Source: an uncultured Acidobacteriota bacterium (GTDB lineage: Bacteria > Acidobacteriota > UBA6911). From it: 64,000 nt of DNA. The position numbers were made by a program, and so were the translations under genes. Location of the stretch: NCBI GenBank assembly GCA_963843575.1, contig CAWJKZ010000010.1, forward strand, positions 512,001-576,000, in the 5' to 3' direction. Position 1 is the first letter of the stretch; each line of letters opens with the position of its first letter. The notes under the pieces are model-generated. The model worked only from the letters and a program-made list of their open reading frames with translations, did not search any database and had not been told where the DNA came from. Below are positions 41,889-51,896 of the stretch, in pieces.

Positions 41889-43217
41889 ATGAGAATGACG
41901 GTTTTGCCTGCACTCTGTCTCGTTGCCATACTTCAGTCGCCCGCATCACCCAAAGCCAATTGGCCGCAATGGCGCGGGCCCGGCGGGGATGGCATCTCCC
42001 AGGAGACGGGTCTCGCCGCGGAGTGGAGCCCCGACACCAATATCCGCTGGAAAACCGCCATCCCGGGCCGGGGACACTCCTCGCCCGTCGTGTGGGACAA
42101 CCGAGTGTTCCTAACCACGGACGTCGAGGGAGACGTCGTCCCGGGCGCCAAAGCCGTGAAGCACGTCCAGGAAGGACAGGGTTTCAAGCACCCCGACAGC
42201 GTCGGGGCCGACCGCCGCCACAGCATGCGGGTGCTGTCCCTGGACAGGGGCACGGGCAAGATCCTGTGGGAAAGGATTTCTTACGAGGGGACCGTCTACG
42301 ACGACCGGCACCGGAAGGGGAGCTACGCCTCGCCCACCCCGGCGACCGACGGCCGGCGCGTCTACGCCTGGTTCGGCTCCGAAGGGCTGTACTGCTACGA
42401 CTTCCGGGGCAACCTCGTCTGGAAGACGTCCGTCGGCCCGATTGCGACCGTGGGGATGGGGGTCGCATCCTCGCCGGTGCTTCGCGGGGATCTGGTCATC
42501 CTCCAGTGCGACGAGGACAACGGCGAGAAATCATTTCTGGTCGGCATCTCCAAGGAGACCGGGAAGGAGGCCTGGAAGACCGTGCGCCCGGTCCAGGCGT
42601 CCTGGTCGAGCCCGCTGCTTGTCTCCGGCCCCGGGCGGCAGGAACTTGTCTGCAGCGGAAACGAGTGGATAATCGGTTACGACCCGTCCACGGGGAAGGA
42701 ACTGTGGCGCACCAAAGGGCACGAGAGCAACGCGATTCCCAGCCCGGTCGCAGGTCACGGGATGGTGTTCGTCTCGGCGGGATTCCCGGTCAAACAGACC
42801 GTGGCCATTCGGACCGGCGGGTCCGGGGACCTCACCGCAGGCCCGAACATCGCCTGGAAATACGAAAAGGGGACCGCGTACGTCCCTTCCGGGATCCTCT
42901 ACGGGGACTATCTCTACCTGATGACGGACCGGGGAATCCTGACCTGCCTCGACGCCCGCACCGGGGCCCTTCAGTACGACAACGGGAGAGTCCCGATCCC
43001 CGCGACCTTCACCGCCTCGCCGGTCGCCTGCGAGGGTCGCTTGCTCCTCACCAGCGAGGACGGGGACACCTTCGTCGTGAAGTCCGGTCCAAAATACGAA
43101 TTGGTCGCGACCAACTCCATCGGCGAGCCGGTGTACGCATCCCCCGCCATTTCCCACGGGATGATTCTGATCCGGGGCGAACAACACCTGTACTGCATCG
43201 CCCCGCCCGGCAGGTGA
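41889..43217 (+). CDS. PQQ-binding-like (BamB-like) beta-propeller repeat protein, exported
   Basis: NWPQWRGP, IPGRGHSSPVVW, ASPTPATDG and ASPAIS repeats after a signal peptide. Confidence 0.88.
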   Translation: MRMTVLPALCLVAILQSPASPKANWPQWRGPGGDGISQETGLAAEWSPDTNIRWKTAIPGRGHSSPVVWDNRVFLTTDVEGDVVPGAKAVKHVQEGQGFKHPDSVGADRRHSMRVLSLDRGTGKILWERISYEGTVYDDRHRKGSYASPTPATDGRRVYAWFGSEGLYCYDFRGNLVWKTSVGPIATVGMGVASSPVLRGDLVILQCDEDNGEKSFLVGISKETGKEAWKTVRPVQASWSSPLLVSGPGRQELVCSGNEWIIGYDPSTGKELWRTKGHESNAIPSPVAGHGMVFVSAGFPVKQTVAIRTGGSGDLTAGPNIAWKYEKGTAYVPSGILYGDYLYLMTDRGILTCLDARTGALQYDNGRVPIPATFTASPVACEGRLLLTSEDGDTFVVKSGPKYELVATNSIGEPVYASPAISHGMILIRGEQHLYCIAPPGR

Positions 43218-43233
43218 ATCGCGAGGCTGAGTC

Positions 43234-43755
43234 ATGAGATCCGCTTTCGTTCTTGCCCTGGCTTCACTCTTGATGACGCAGGGCGCCAAACCCGATTTCA
43301 GCGGAAAGTGGGTGCTCGACAAGGAGCGCAGCTTCAGCAACCCGCCGGAACTGGACCAGTCCATCGAGGTGGTGCACAAGGGGGACGAAGTCCTGTTGGA
43401 AGCCGTCCTGACCACGCCGGCGCAGGGCCGGCAGGTCGTCAGGGAGCAGTGGGCGCTGGACGGCACCGAGCGCGACTTCACGCCCCCGACCCCGCCCAAC
43501 GCAAAGGGGAAGCGCAAGGCTTACTGGCTGCCGGGCAACCGCGGCATCGTGGTCGAGGATCGCGTGACCGCGGAGACCCCCGGCGCCGGCGCCGCACTCC
43601 TGCAAACCACGCGCAAGTGGACCTTGACGGCGGACGGCGCCACCCTCACGGTCGACTATTACATCGACCGCCCGACCGGCTCCGGCGAGTCGCGCCGGGT
43701 GTTTGTCAAGGAAGCCGCCGGCGGGCGGGGGCGGCTCGACCCCGCCCCCAAATGA
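43234..43755 (+). CDS. Exported hypothetical protein
   Basis: Signal peptide followed by PDFSGKWVLDKERS and a WTLTADGATLTV end. Confidence 0.75.
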   Translation: MRSAFVLALASLLMTQGAKPDFSGKWVLDKERSFSNPPELDQSIEVVHKGDEVLLEAVLTTPAQGRQVVREQWALDGTERDFTPPTPPNAKGKRKAYWLPGNRGIVVEDRVTAETPGAGAALLQTTRKWTLTADGATLTVDYYIDRPTGSGESRRVFVKEAAGGRGRLDPAPK

Positions 43756-44948
43756 GCTGTTCAGCACATCCCGGGGCCGCGTCGGCCCGACGCGGCCCAC
43801 TCACCTGGTCCCGGCTGGGACACCCCTTCGCCGCGGCGTGCCTCGCAGCGGCCCTCGTCCTGGGCTGGCAGGCGGCCACGGTCCACCGCAATTACGAGGG
43901 GAACTGGAGCGCCCTGTTCCGCATAGGAGACCTTTGGCCGCTCCCGCCGGAACTCTCTTCGGAAAACAACCGGGTCTTCGTCCACGACCCGGGGTACGAC
44001 GGCACCTTCTACCACCTGATCGCACACGATCCCTGGTGCGCCCGCGGCTTCGCCCGGTTCGTCGACAATCCCAGCCTGCGCTGGCGCCGGATCCTCACGC
44101 CCGCCCTAGCCTACCTGGCGGCTGGCGGTTCGGGCGCGCGCATCCATGCCGCATTCGTCGGGGTGAACCTCCTGTTCGTGTTTGCCGGGACATACTGGCT
44201 CGGCCGGTTCTGCCAGTTGCACGGGTGTGGCACCGCGTGGGGGCTGCTGTTCCCGGCGGTGCCCGCCGTGCTCGTGTCCATGGACCGGCTGACCATCGAC
44301 ACCGCCCTGTCGGCGCTGGCGATCGGAGTCGTCCTTTACTCGACGACACGGCAGCGCGCCGGCACGCTCCTGCTCCTTGCGCTCTGCCCGCTCGCGCGGG
44401 AAACCGGCGCGTGCATGATCGCGGGCCAGGCTTGGGCGGATGCCCGGGAGAAGCGGTGGAAGAGGCTTGGCCTCACACTCGCGACGATCCTCCCCTTCGT
44501 CGCCTGGGCGGTCTTCGTCCACCTCCACACGACTCGGGACGGGACCGCGTGGCTCTCGTGGCCCCTGGCCGGGATCGTGCACCGGACGCTCCACCCGTTC
44601 CCTTATGCCATCACCGGGAAATGGGTGGCCGCCGCCGCCCTGTTCGATTACACGGCGCTGATCGGCGTCTGGGCGGGCCTCGTTCTGACGCTGCGGCTGG
44701 CCTGGGAGCGACGCACCGGGATCACCGAGTTGTGCGCCTACGGTTTCGCGGCCGGGGCCGTCTGGCTGGGGAAGGAGGATATCTGGGCCGGGGCATACGA
44801 GTTCGGGCGCACGATGTCTCCGCTCCTGGTCCTGCTCGGGCTCGTTGCCCTGCGGGATCGAAGGCCGGTGTTCGCGCTCCCGGTGGCCCTCGTACTGCCG
44901 CGCATCCTGCTGCAGCTCGAGCCGCAGATGCGTGGCCTCTTGCGTTGA
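43752..44948 (+). CDS. Polytopic membrane protein resembling AZOBR_p60025-family / GT-C-like glycopolymer formation proteins
   Basis: GYDGTFYHLIAHDP...RWRRILTPALAYL periplasmic motif, LARET motif, many TM helices; ATGA overlap with the upstream gene. Confidence 0.65.
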   Translation: MSCSAHPGAASARRGPLTWSRLGHPFAAACLAAALVLGWQAATVHRNYEGNWSALFRIGDLWPLPPELSSENNRVFVHDPGYDGTFYHLIAHDPWCARGFARFVDNPSLRWRRILTPALAYLAAGGSGARIHAAFVGVNLLFVFAGTYWLGRFCQLHGCGTAWGLLFPAVPAVLVSMDRLTIDTALSALAIGVVLYSTTRQRAGTLLLLALCPLARETGACMIAGQAWADAREKRWKRLGLTLATILPFVAWAVFVHLHTTRDGTAWLSWPLAGIVHRTLHPFPYAITGKWVAAAALFDYTALIGVWAGLVLTLRLAWERRTGITELCAYGFAAGAVWLGKEDIWAGAYEFGRTMSPLLVLLGLVALRDRRPVFALPVALVLPRILLQLEPQMRGLLR

Positions 44949-44964
44949 GCGGGACCTCGGCAGC

Positions 44965-46224
44965 CTACTCGTAGCGGAGGGCCTCGACAGGGTCCATCCT
45001 CGCCGCCTTGATGGCCGGCCACACCCCGAAGACGATCCCAACGCCCGCCGACATGGCCAGCGCGGTCAGAACGGCCCACAGCGGCGGTATGGCGGGCAGC
45101 GACGGGACAAGCCAGCTGACGACGAAACCGACGAGCCCGGCCAAGACCACCCCCGTCACGCCGCCCATGCCCGTCAGGAGTGTGGCCTCGAGCAGGAATT
45201 GCCAGACGATGTCGCGCCGGCGCGCGCCGACGGCTTTGCGGACTCCGATCTCCCGGGTGCGCTGCGTCACCGACATCAGCATGACGTTCATGACCCCGAT
45301 GCCCCCGACCAGCAGTCCCAACCCGGAAATCGCCAGGGTGGCGAGCCGGACAATCGAGGTTACGCGGTCGAGCTGCTCCACGATGAGGTCCGAAGTGCTC
45401 AGGAAGAAATCGTTCTCCTGGCCCGCCCTGAGCCCGCGGAGGCGGCGCAACTCCCCCTCCACCTCCCCCAGCGCCTGCTCGCGCAACCCGGGCCACGCCT
45501 GGCAATAAAACACGACGTTCTCCAGCCCGGGATAGCGGGACCTCGCGGTTTGCGCCGGGATCATCATTACGTTGTCCTGGCGGTTCTCGCCGAAAAAGCT
45601 CCCTTTGCGCTTCCCGAACACGCCGAGGACTTCGTACAACGCGCCGTCCATCAGGACCCGTTTGCCGATCGGGTCCTCCGAGGGGAAAAGCGCCGCGGCG
45701 ATGTTCGCGCCCAGCACGCAGCTGCGCGCCCGGCGTCTCTCTTCCTCCGCCGTGTACACCCGGCCCCGGCTCAGTTCGGCGTTCGTGATCTGTGCGAAGT
45801 TCCAGGTACAGCCCTGCACGAGGATCTCTTCGTTTTCTATGTTCCCGTATTTCGCGGTCAGGGCCCGGCCGCCCACGACGTCCGGGATCATGACCTGCCC
45901 GGCGACATCCCTGAGCGACGGGCAGCCGCGCGCCAGGGAATCGACAAACTCGAGCCGCAGCGGCTTGCGCGAAACCTCCTCGGGGCGGATGCTCGGCGTG
46001 TAGGGGTCACCCTGGAGGTGGAAGGCGAAGACGTTGTCGGGGCCCAGTTCCTGGAACAGCTCGACGATGTTGCTGCGCACGCCGACCAGCACCGTCGCCA
46101 CGAGCACGACCGTCACGATGCCGGCGATGATGCCCAATACGGTCAGGAGCGACCGGAACTTGTTGGCCATGATGTTGGACAACGCAAAGGACAGGGTCTC
46201 CCGGTTGAAGTGGGCCGTGCTCAT
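44965..46224 (-). CDS. MacB/FtsX-type ABC transporter permease
   Basis: RSLLTVLGIIAG, GGIGVMNVMLMSVTQRTREIGVRKAVGA and PAIKAARMDPVEALRYE. Confidence 0.92.
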   Translation of the reverse strand: MSTAHFNRETLSFALSNIMANKFRSLLTVLGIIAGIVTVVLVATVLVGVRSNIVELFQELGPDNVFAFHLQGDPYTPSIRPEEVSRKPLRLEFVDSLARGCPSLRDVAGQVMIPDVVGGRALTAKYGNIENEEILVQGCTWNFAQITNAELSRGRVYTAEEERRRARSCVLGANIAAALFPSEDPIGKRVLMDGALYEVLGVFGKRKGSFFGENRQDNVMMIPAQTARSRYPGLENVVFYCQAWPGLREQALGEVEGELRRLRGLRAGQENDFFLSTSDLIVEQLDRVTSIVRLATLAISGLGLLVGGIGVMNVMLMSVTQRTREIGVRKAVGARRRDIVWQFLLEATLLTGMGGVTGVVLAGLVGFVVSWLVPSLPAIPPLWAVLTALAMSAGVGIVFGVWPAIKAARMDPVEALRYE

Positions 46225-46225
46225 G

Positions 46226-47488
46226 TCAGTTCTCCGACCGCAAGGCGTCGACGGGCTGCAGCCGCGCGGCCAGGTAGGCAGGATACACGCCCGCCGCAAC
46301 CCCGACCCCTGCCGACACGCAGATCGCCAGAAGGACATACAGGGGGGGTACCCTGACGGGCGTTCCGAATGCCGTCGTCAGCCCGAGGCTGCCGAGATAG
46401 CTGAGGAGAAGTCCCAGCCCTCCACCGGCCATCGACAGAACCGTGGATTCGCACAACACCTGCCCCAGTATGTCCCGCCGTCGCGCGCCCAGAGACTTCC
46501 GCACGCCGATTTCCCGCGTGCGCTCGGTGACCGACACCAGCATCATGTTCATCACGACGATCCCCGCCACAAACAGCGCCACCGAACTTATCGGGATGAT
46601 GGCGACCGAGATCATCGTGGCGAGCTGCTCCAGGAAGCTGCGCCCGGACTCGGGAACGAGCACGTCGAAATTGTCGGGATCCGCCGGCCGCATCCGCCGC
46701 AGGGTGCGCAGCGCAAAGCGCGCCTCCTCCTGCGCCTCCGCATAATCCGTCCCGGGTTTCGGCTGGGCGAAGATCGTGACGCTGTTGCGGCTGCCCCAGA
46801 TCTTCTCGTAGCTGAGGATCGGCATCCACACGTAACGGTCCAGCGAGGCGCCGAAGCTGGAGCCCAGCGGCTGCTGCACGCCTATGACGGTGAAGGGCCG
46901 CCCCGCGATGCGGACTTCCCTTCCCAGCGGGTCGATTCCCGGGAAGAGCTCGTCCACGATGTCTTGCCCGACGACCACGACGCCGCGGCCCCGCCGGCTC
47001 TCGTCTTCGTTGAAGAAGCGCCCGGTCGAGAGCCGGATATCCCTGACGGTCTCGAGGTTGGCGGAAGAGCCCGTGATCGTGGCCGCAAGGAAGATCCGGT
47101 TCTTCGACCTCACCGCGGCGATGTTCGAGAGCGTCGGAGACAAGCGCATCGAACCAGCCACCGCGCGGGCGAGTTCCTCCGCCTCCCGGCGGTAGATTTC
47201 CGGGTTCTTACGCCGCTTCTCGGCCAGCTGCTTGCGGCTGAGATTCCCGACCGAAGCCACCTGCGAGAGTAGAAACGTGCCTGAACCAAAGGCCTGCGCG
47301 GTGGTCTGGACGGCAAACTCCCGCAGCGCCTCGACCGCCGCGCCGACCAGGACCACGGCGGCGATCCCGATGACGATCCCCAGGATCGTAAGGGCGGAGC
47401 GAAGCTTGTGAACCCACAACGATTCGACCGCAATGCACAGGGCGTTCCAGGCCGACGACCCGCCCGAGTGCAAGCCCCTCGCAGCCAT
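46226..47488 (-). CDS. MacB/FtsX-type ABC transporter permease
   Basis: RSALTILGIVIG, MNMMLVSVTERTREIGVRKSLGA and AARLQPVDALR. Confidence 0.92.
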   Translation of the reverse strand: MAARGLHSGGSSAWNALCIAVESLWVHKLRSALTILGIVIGIAAVVLVGAAVEALREFAVQTTAQAFGSGTFLLSQVASVGNLSRKQLAEKRRKNPEIYRREAEELARAVAGSMRLSPTLSNIAAVRSKNRIFLAATITGSSANLETVRDIRLSTGRFFNEDESRRGRGVVVVGQDIVDELFPGIDPLGREVRIAGRPFTVIGVQQPLGSSFGASLDRYVWMPILSYEKIWGSRNSVTIFAQPKPGTDYAEAQEEARFALRTLRRMRPADPDNFDVLVPESGRSFLEQLATMISVAIIPISSVALFVAGIVVMNMMLVSVTERTREIGVRKSLGARRRDILGQVLCESTVLSMAGGGLGLLLSYLGSLGLTTAFGTPVRVPPLYVLLAICVSAGVGVAAGVYPAYLAARLQPVDALRSEN

Positions 47489-47638
47489 GTGCGACCGAAC
47501 GCTGGCCGTCCCCCGACTTCCGAACACGCGCTCCCCCAGTTCTCGCGGAATCGCCGAGAGTTATATCGTGAGCGTCGGGCCGGTTCAAGGCGGCGCTGGA
47601 ATGAGTCCGGCGGGCGTATGCAGCACACGTAAGCTCGG

Positions 47639-47708
47639 GGTGGCGCCGAGGCGCCGGGGATTTCAGGCGCAGGGCGTCAGGGAAAGCGGCGCCGAGGCCT
47701 GCACTCCA
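47639..47708. repeat. Family A element (right arm), immediately followed by TATAAT
   Basis: ggtggcgccgaggcgccgggg...aaagcggcgccgaggcctgcactcca-ta-TATAAT. Confidence 0.75.
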
Positions 47709-47731
47709 TATATAATCGGGGAGTGGGCACG

Positions 47732-50363
47732 ATGTACTTGAAGCATCTTTGCGCGGTCCTCGCGGGCGTCGTTTTCGTTTCGGGCGCGGCCGCGCAGACG
47801 GCGCCGGCGCCGCAACAGGAGGAAGCTCCGAAGCAGGCCCCGGAAGCCAAGGCTCCCGAGCCGAACCGGCGCATCGAACTGAACCTGCTCGGCAAGACGG
47901 ACGCCGACTCGGGCGAGAGCCGGCGCAACGAGAATATCCAGTTCAACCTCGTGGACAACAACGCCCTCAAGGAACTCAACGTCCGGCTCGGCACGACGGC
48001 GACCATCGTGCGCGAATTCCGGGCGTCGAGCAGCTACTTCGGCGCGGAATTCGGAAACGCGCCGGCGTCGCTGATCTCCGCCACCGGGCAGTTGCGGCGC
48101 GGTTTTCACGGCACCGTCTACGCCGCCCACCTCAATTCGGTCACCAGTGCGAGGGCGTTCTTCCAGGTCGGGAGCGTGAAGCCCGCCCGGGAGAACGACT
48201 ACGGATTCAGCGTGGGCTTGCCCGCGGGGGCGCGCACCCGGCTGTTTTTCGAGGCCGGCCAGAACAAGCAGCGCGGCAGCGTCAACGGCAACGTCCTGGT
48301 CCCACGGGCCGACGAGCGGACGGCCCTGGCCACCGACCCTGCCGTCCGCGCGCTGGTGGAACGGTTTCTGTCCGCCTATCCCGCGGAGGCCCCCAACCGC
48401 ACCGACGTCAACCCGCGGGCGCTCAATACCAACGCGCCGCAGAGCATCGACAACAGCAACGCCCGCGCCCGCCTGGACCACGACTTCAGCGCGCGCGACC
48501 GGCTGGCGCTCGATTACTCCCTCGTCACCCAGAAGGTCGATGCCTTCCAGTTCGTCGCCGGGCAGAACCCGGACACGGACACCCGCGCTCACAAGGGCCG
48601 CCTCTTCTGGACACGCCAGTGGAGCCCGTCGACCGTGAGCGAGGCCACACTGGGCTTCGACAGAATCAGGTCGTACCTCCGCCCGGAACCGAATGCCGTC
48701 GGCCCGATGGTCTCCACTTCCGGGCTGGAAACCCTGGGGCCGCAGGGGAGCATCCCGATCGACCGCGCGCAAAACCTCTTCCGCTACGCCGGCCAGCTGC
48801 GCCGCAGCGCAGGGCATCACTCGTGGTACAGCGGGATCGGGTTCGTGCGGCGCCAGTTCAACGGCATCGAGTCGGACACGCACCGCGGCTTCTATTCGTT
48901 CCCCAACGATTTCGGCCGCAACGGGATTACCAACCTGCGGCTGGGCGTCACGTCGATGTACATCATCGCGGTCGGGAACGTGTTCCGCGGGTTCCGCAGC
49001 TCCGATCCCCAGTTCTTCCTGGGAGACGCGTGGAGGGTTTCCGACCGGATCAGTCTCAACTATGGGCTCCGCTACCAGCCGGTCTTCCGGCCGCACGAGG
49101 TCAACGGGCTGAACACGATCCCCTACGACTGCGACTGTAACAACGTGGCGCCGCAGTTCGGGCTCGCCTATCGCCTCCCGGGGAGCCTCGGCGTCCTCCG
49201 CGCAGGCTATGGGCTGCAGTACGGCGAGATCTTCCCGGTGACATACGGTCAGGTGCGCTTCAGCCCGCCGGGGAGCGTGAAGCTGGTGGCGATGGCCCCG
49301 AACCTCATCGACCCCCTCACGTCTCCCGTCGCGGGTGGCAAACCTCCCAGGACCCTGGGAAACCTGTACCTGCTCGACCCGGAACTCGCGGTGCCGTACT
49401 CGCACCAGTACAACGCCAGCTGGGAGCCCGACTGGAATCCCACGTGGAGGATACAGCTGGGCTACGTCGGAAGCCGCTCCCACAAGCTGTTCGTCATGTG
49501 GTACCAGAACCGCGGCCACGCCGTGGCCGGCATACCCCAGACCACGGCGACGATCAACGACAGGCGCCCGAATCCCGACTACGCGGAGATCCGTTGGGTC
49601 CTGAACGGGTCGCGCGGCTACTACGACGCTGCCCGCGCCTCGCTGGTGCTGCGTCCCTGGCACCGATTTACGACCGACGCCTCCTATTGGTTCAGCAAGG
49701 CGCTCGATCTGGGGAGCAGCTACACGAACACGGCCGCCGACGCCGACTCGCGCATCAGTCGCAGCCAATCGGAGTTCGAAACGCACCGCGACATGAAGGG
49801 GCTCAGTTCCTTCGACCAGACGCACGCCTTTCTGTGGCACTGGTCCTACCAGCTTCCGCCCTTCGGGGGGACTGGATTACTGTCGAGGCTGGCGGCCGAG
49901 TGGAGCCTGTCCGGGATCGTGCTCGTGAAGTCCGGGACGCCCTTCACCGTGGTCGACCGGGTCCGACGCCCCCGGCTTCGGCAACGTCGACGGCAACGGG
50001 AACGACCGGCCGAACCTGCTCGACCTCTCGCTCCTCGGCCGCACCGTCGGGGACCCGGACACGTCCCGCCTGATGTTGCCCCGCGCGGCATTCTCCTTCA
50101 TCGAACCCACGGGCGACGGCGGGAATATCGGACGGAACGTGTTCCGCAAGGGTCCCATCAGGAACGTCAACGCGATGCTGTCGCGCTCCTTCGCCCTGAG
50201 ACAGGAGCTCCGGCTCACGCTCCGGGCAGAGTCGGTGAACCTGTTCAACACCCCGCAGTTCGCTGAGCCGGGCGTCGAGCTGGCCAGCCAGAACTTCGGC
50301 CAGATCACCAACACCCTGAACGACGGCCGCACTTTCCGTTTCCAGTTCCAGCTCGCCTGGTGA
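47732..50363 (+). CDS. Oar-like TonB-dependent receptor family outer-membrane beta-barrel; one +1 insertion near 49955
   Basis: Signal peptide; [37 protein letters not shown] and GNIGRNVFR...NLFNTPQF...[11 protein letters not shown] (terminal aromatic residue). Confidence 0.85.
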
Positions 50364-50409
50364 CACTTCGAACGAGCACTACTATGCAGAAGTACGCTGA
50401 CGTTTCCAG

Positions 50410-50496
50410 GACGCGGATTTGCGCGGATCCAAATCTGGAGTGCGGCGCCTTGGCGCCGCTTTCCCGTACACCCTAAGGCCAAAATGCTCGGCGCCG
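50410..50496. repeat. Family C motif (GACGCGGATTTGCGCGGAT) joined to a family A left arm
   Basis: gacgcggatttgcgcggatccaaat-ctggagtgcggcgccttggcgccgcttttccc. Confidence 0.75.
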
Positions 50497-50524
50497 ACTT
50501 CTACCCGGCCATGACCGGAGCAAT

Positions 50525-50809
50525 TCAGTCTTCGAGGATGTATTTCACGTCGGCCTTGCGCAGGAAGATCTTCGGGCCGCCACCCGCCGGCCCCACGCTG
50601 AAGGTGTCGCGGTCATAGTAGCGGATGCGCCCCCGGACACGCTCGCCGCCGCACAGCACGACCGTCACCCGCGTGCGCGAGTCGATCAGGGAGCGGAGAT
50701 AACCGGCTTCGCTCCCCGTGCTGGCCACCTCCGACGAATCGTCGTCTTCAGGATCGTCCGGCACGGTGTCGCCGTCCCAGCGCCTGTGCCTGTCGTCGAA
50801 TGAGCTCAC
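50525..50809 (-). CDS. Hfq-like / Sm-fold small protein
   Basis: Helix EAGYLRSLIDSRT, then VTVVL..GERVRGRIRYYD (Sm1-like) and IFLRKADVKYI (Sm2-like); start uncertain. Confidence 0.7.
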   Translation of the reverse strand: MSSFDDRHRRWDGDTVPDDPEDDDSSEVASTGSEAGYLRSLIDSRTRVTVVLCGGERVRGRIRYYDRDTFSVGPAGGGPKIFLRKADVKYILED

Positions 50810-50926
50810 GGAACACCGCAAATAAGTAGGGAGTGGCCAGTCTAACGGCCCCGTACTGGAAAGTAAACCCCGATAAAATCGGGACTGCCGGGACTCGCTT
50901 TCGATCTATACTCTCTGGCGCGCCCC

Positions 50927-51838
50927 ATGGAGGGATTTGTGAAAAGAACCGCCGTTGCCGCCTGTCTGGTTGTGTTGGCCGCCGTCGCTTCCGGCGCCGT
51001 CCTGGAGAACCTGGGAGCGCCGACCGGGCAGGGACGGGTGCTTGAGGGGCTTCGGTTCAGCAGCCCGCTGCTGAACCGGGACGTGAACTACGCGGTTTAC
51101 CTGCCGCCGGACTACGACGCGTCCACGCGCCGCTACCCCGTCGTGTACCTGCTGCACGGCTTCACCGACGACGAAAGCGCCTGGATTCAGTTCGGCGAGG
51201 CGAACCTGACCGCGGACCGCGCCATCGAAGCCCGCGAGATCCCACCCATGATCATCGTGATGCCCGACGGCGGGGTCACATGGTACATTAACGACTACGG
51301 CGGGCGGGTCCGGTACGAAGACATGTTCGTGCAGGAATTCATCCCCTTCATCGACCGCACCTACCGCACCAGGCCGAAAAAGGAGTTTCGCGGCATCTCG
51401 GGACTCTCGATGGGCGGGTACGGCTCGCTAATGTACGCGATGCGACACCCGGCCCTTTTTACCGCCTGCGCAGCCTTCAGCAGCGGCGTCATGACCGATG
51501 AGGAAGTCGTCGCCCTGAAGGACTACGACCGGCTGTTCGGTGCCTTGTTCGGCACGAAGCTGGAGGGGCAGGGCCGGCTCAGCCCACACTGGCGAGCCTA
51601 CAGCCCGCTGGACCTGGTGAAGCAGGTCCCACTGGAAACTCTGAAAACGGTGAGCTGGTATCTCGACTGCGGCGATGACGACTTCCTGTACAAGGGCAAC
51701 TCGGCCCTTCACGTGCTCATGCGCGACCTCGGGCTCCCCCACGAATACCGGGTCCGGGACGGCAGCCACAGCTGGGCCTACTGGCGTTCGGGCATCACCG
51801 CCGGGCTCAAGTTCATCGGTGAGAACTTCAACCGTTAG
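50927..51838 (+). CDS. Exported alpha/beta-hydrolase, putative esterase family
   Basis: VYLPPDY, YPVVYLLHG, GLSMGG nucleophile elbow, DCGDDD and GSHSWAYW. Confidence 0.9.
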   Translation: MEGFVKRTAVAACLVVLAAVASGAVLENLGAPTGQGRVLEGLRFSSPLLNRDVNYAVYLPPDYDASTRRYPVVYLLHGFTDDESAWIQFGEANLTADRAIEAREIPPMIIVMPDGGVTWYINDYGGRVRYEDMFVQEFIPFIDRTYRTRPKKEFRGISGLSMGGYGSLMYAMRHPALFTACAAFSSGVMTDEEVVALKDYDRLFGALFGTKLEGQGRLSPHWRAYSPLDLVKQVPLETLKTVSWYLDCGDDDFLYKGNSALHVLMRDLGLPHEYRVRDGSHSWAYWRSGITAGLKFIGENFNR

Positions 51839-51896
51839 ACGCGCCCAGATTTAATCCCAAGGCTCCGATTCAATCGACAGGAGGACCTCACCCGCC

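Noticed and set aside
50821-51896. yybP-ykoY Mn riboswitch for the TerC/Alx gene
   Set aside because: Only 58 nt separate the esterase and terC, with no GGGGAGUA...CAAGACC core. The gggagtggcc at about 50829 lacks the rest of the motif.
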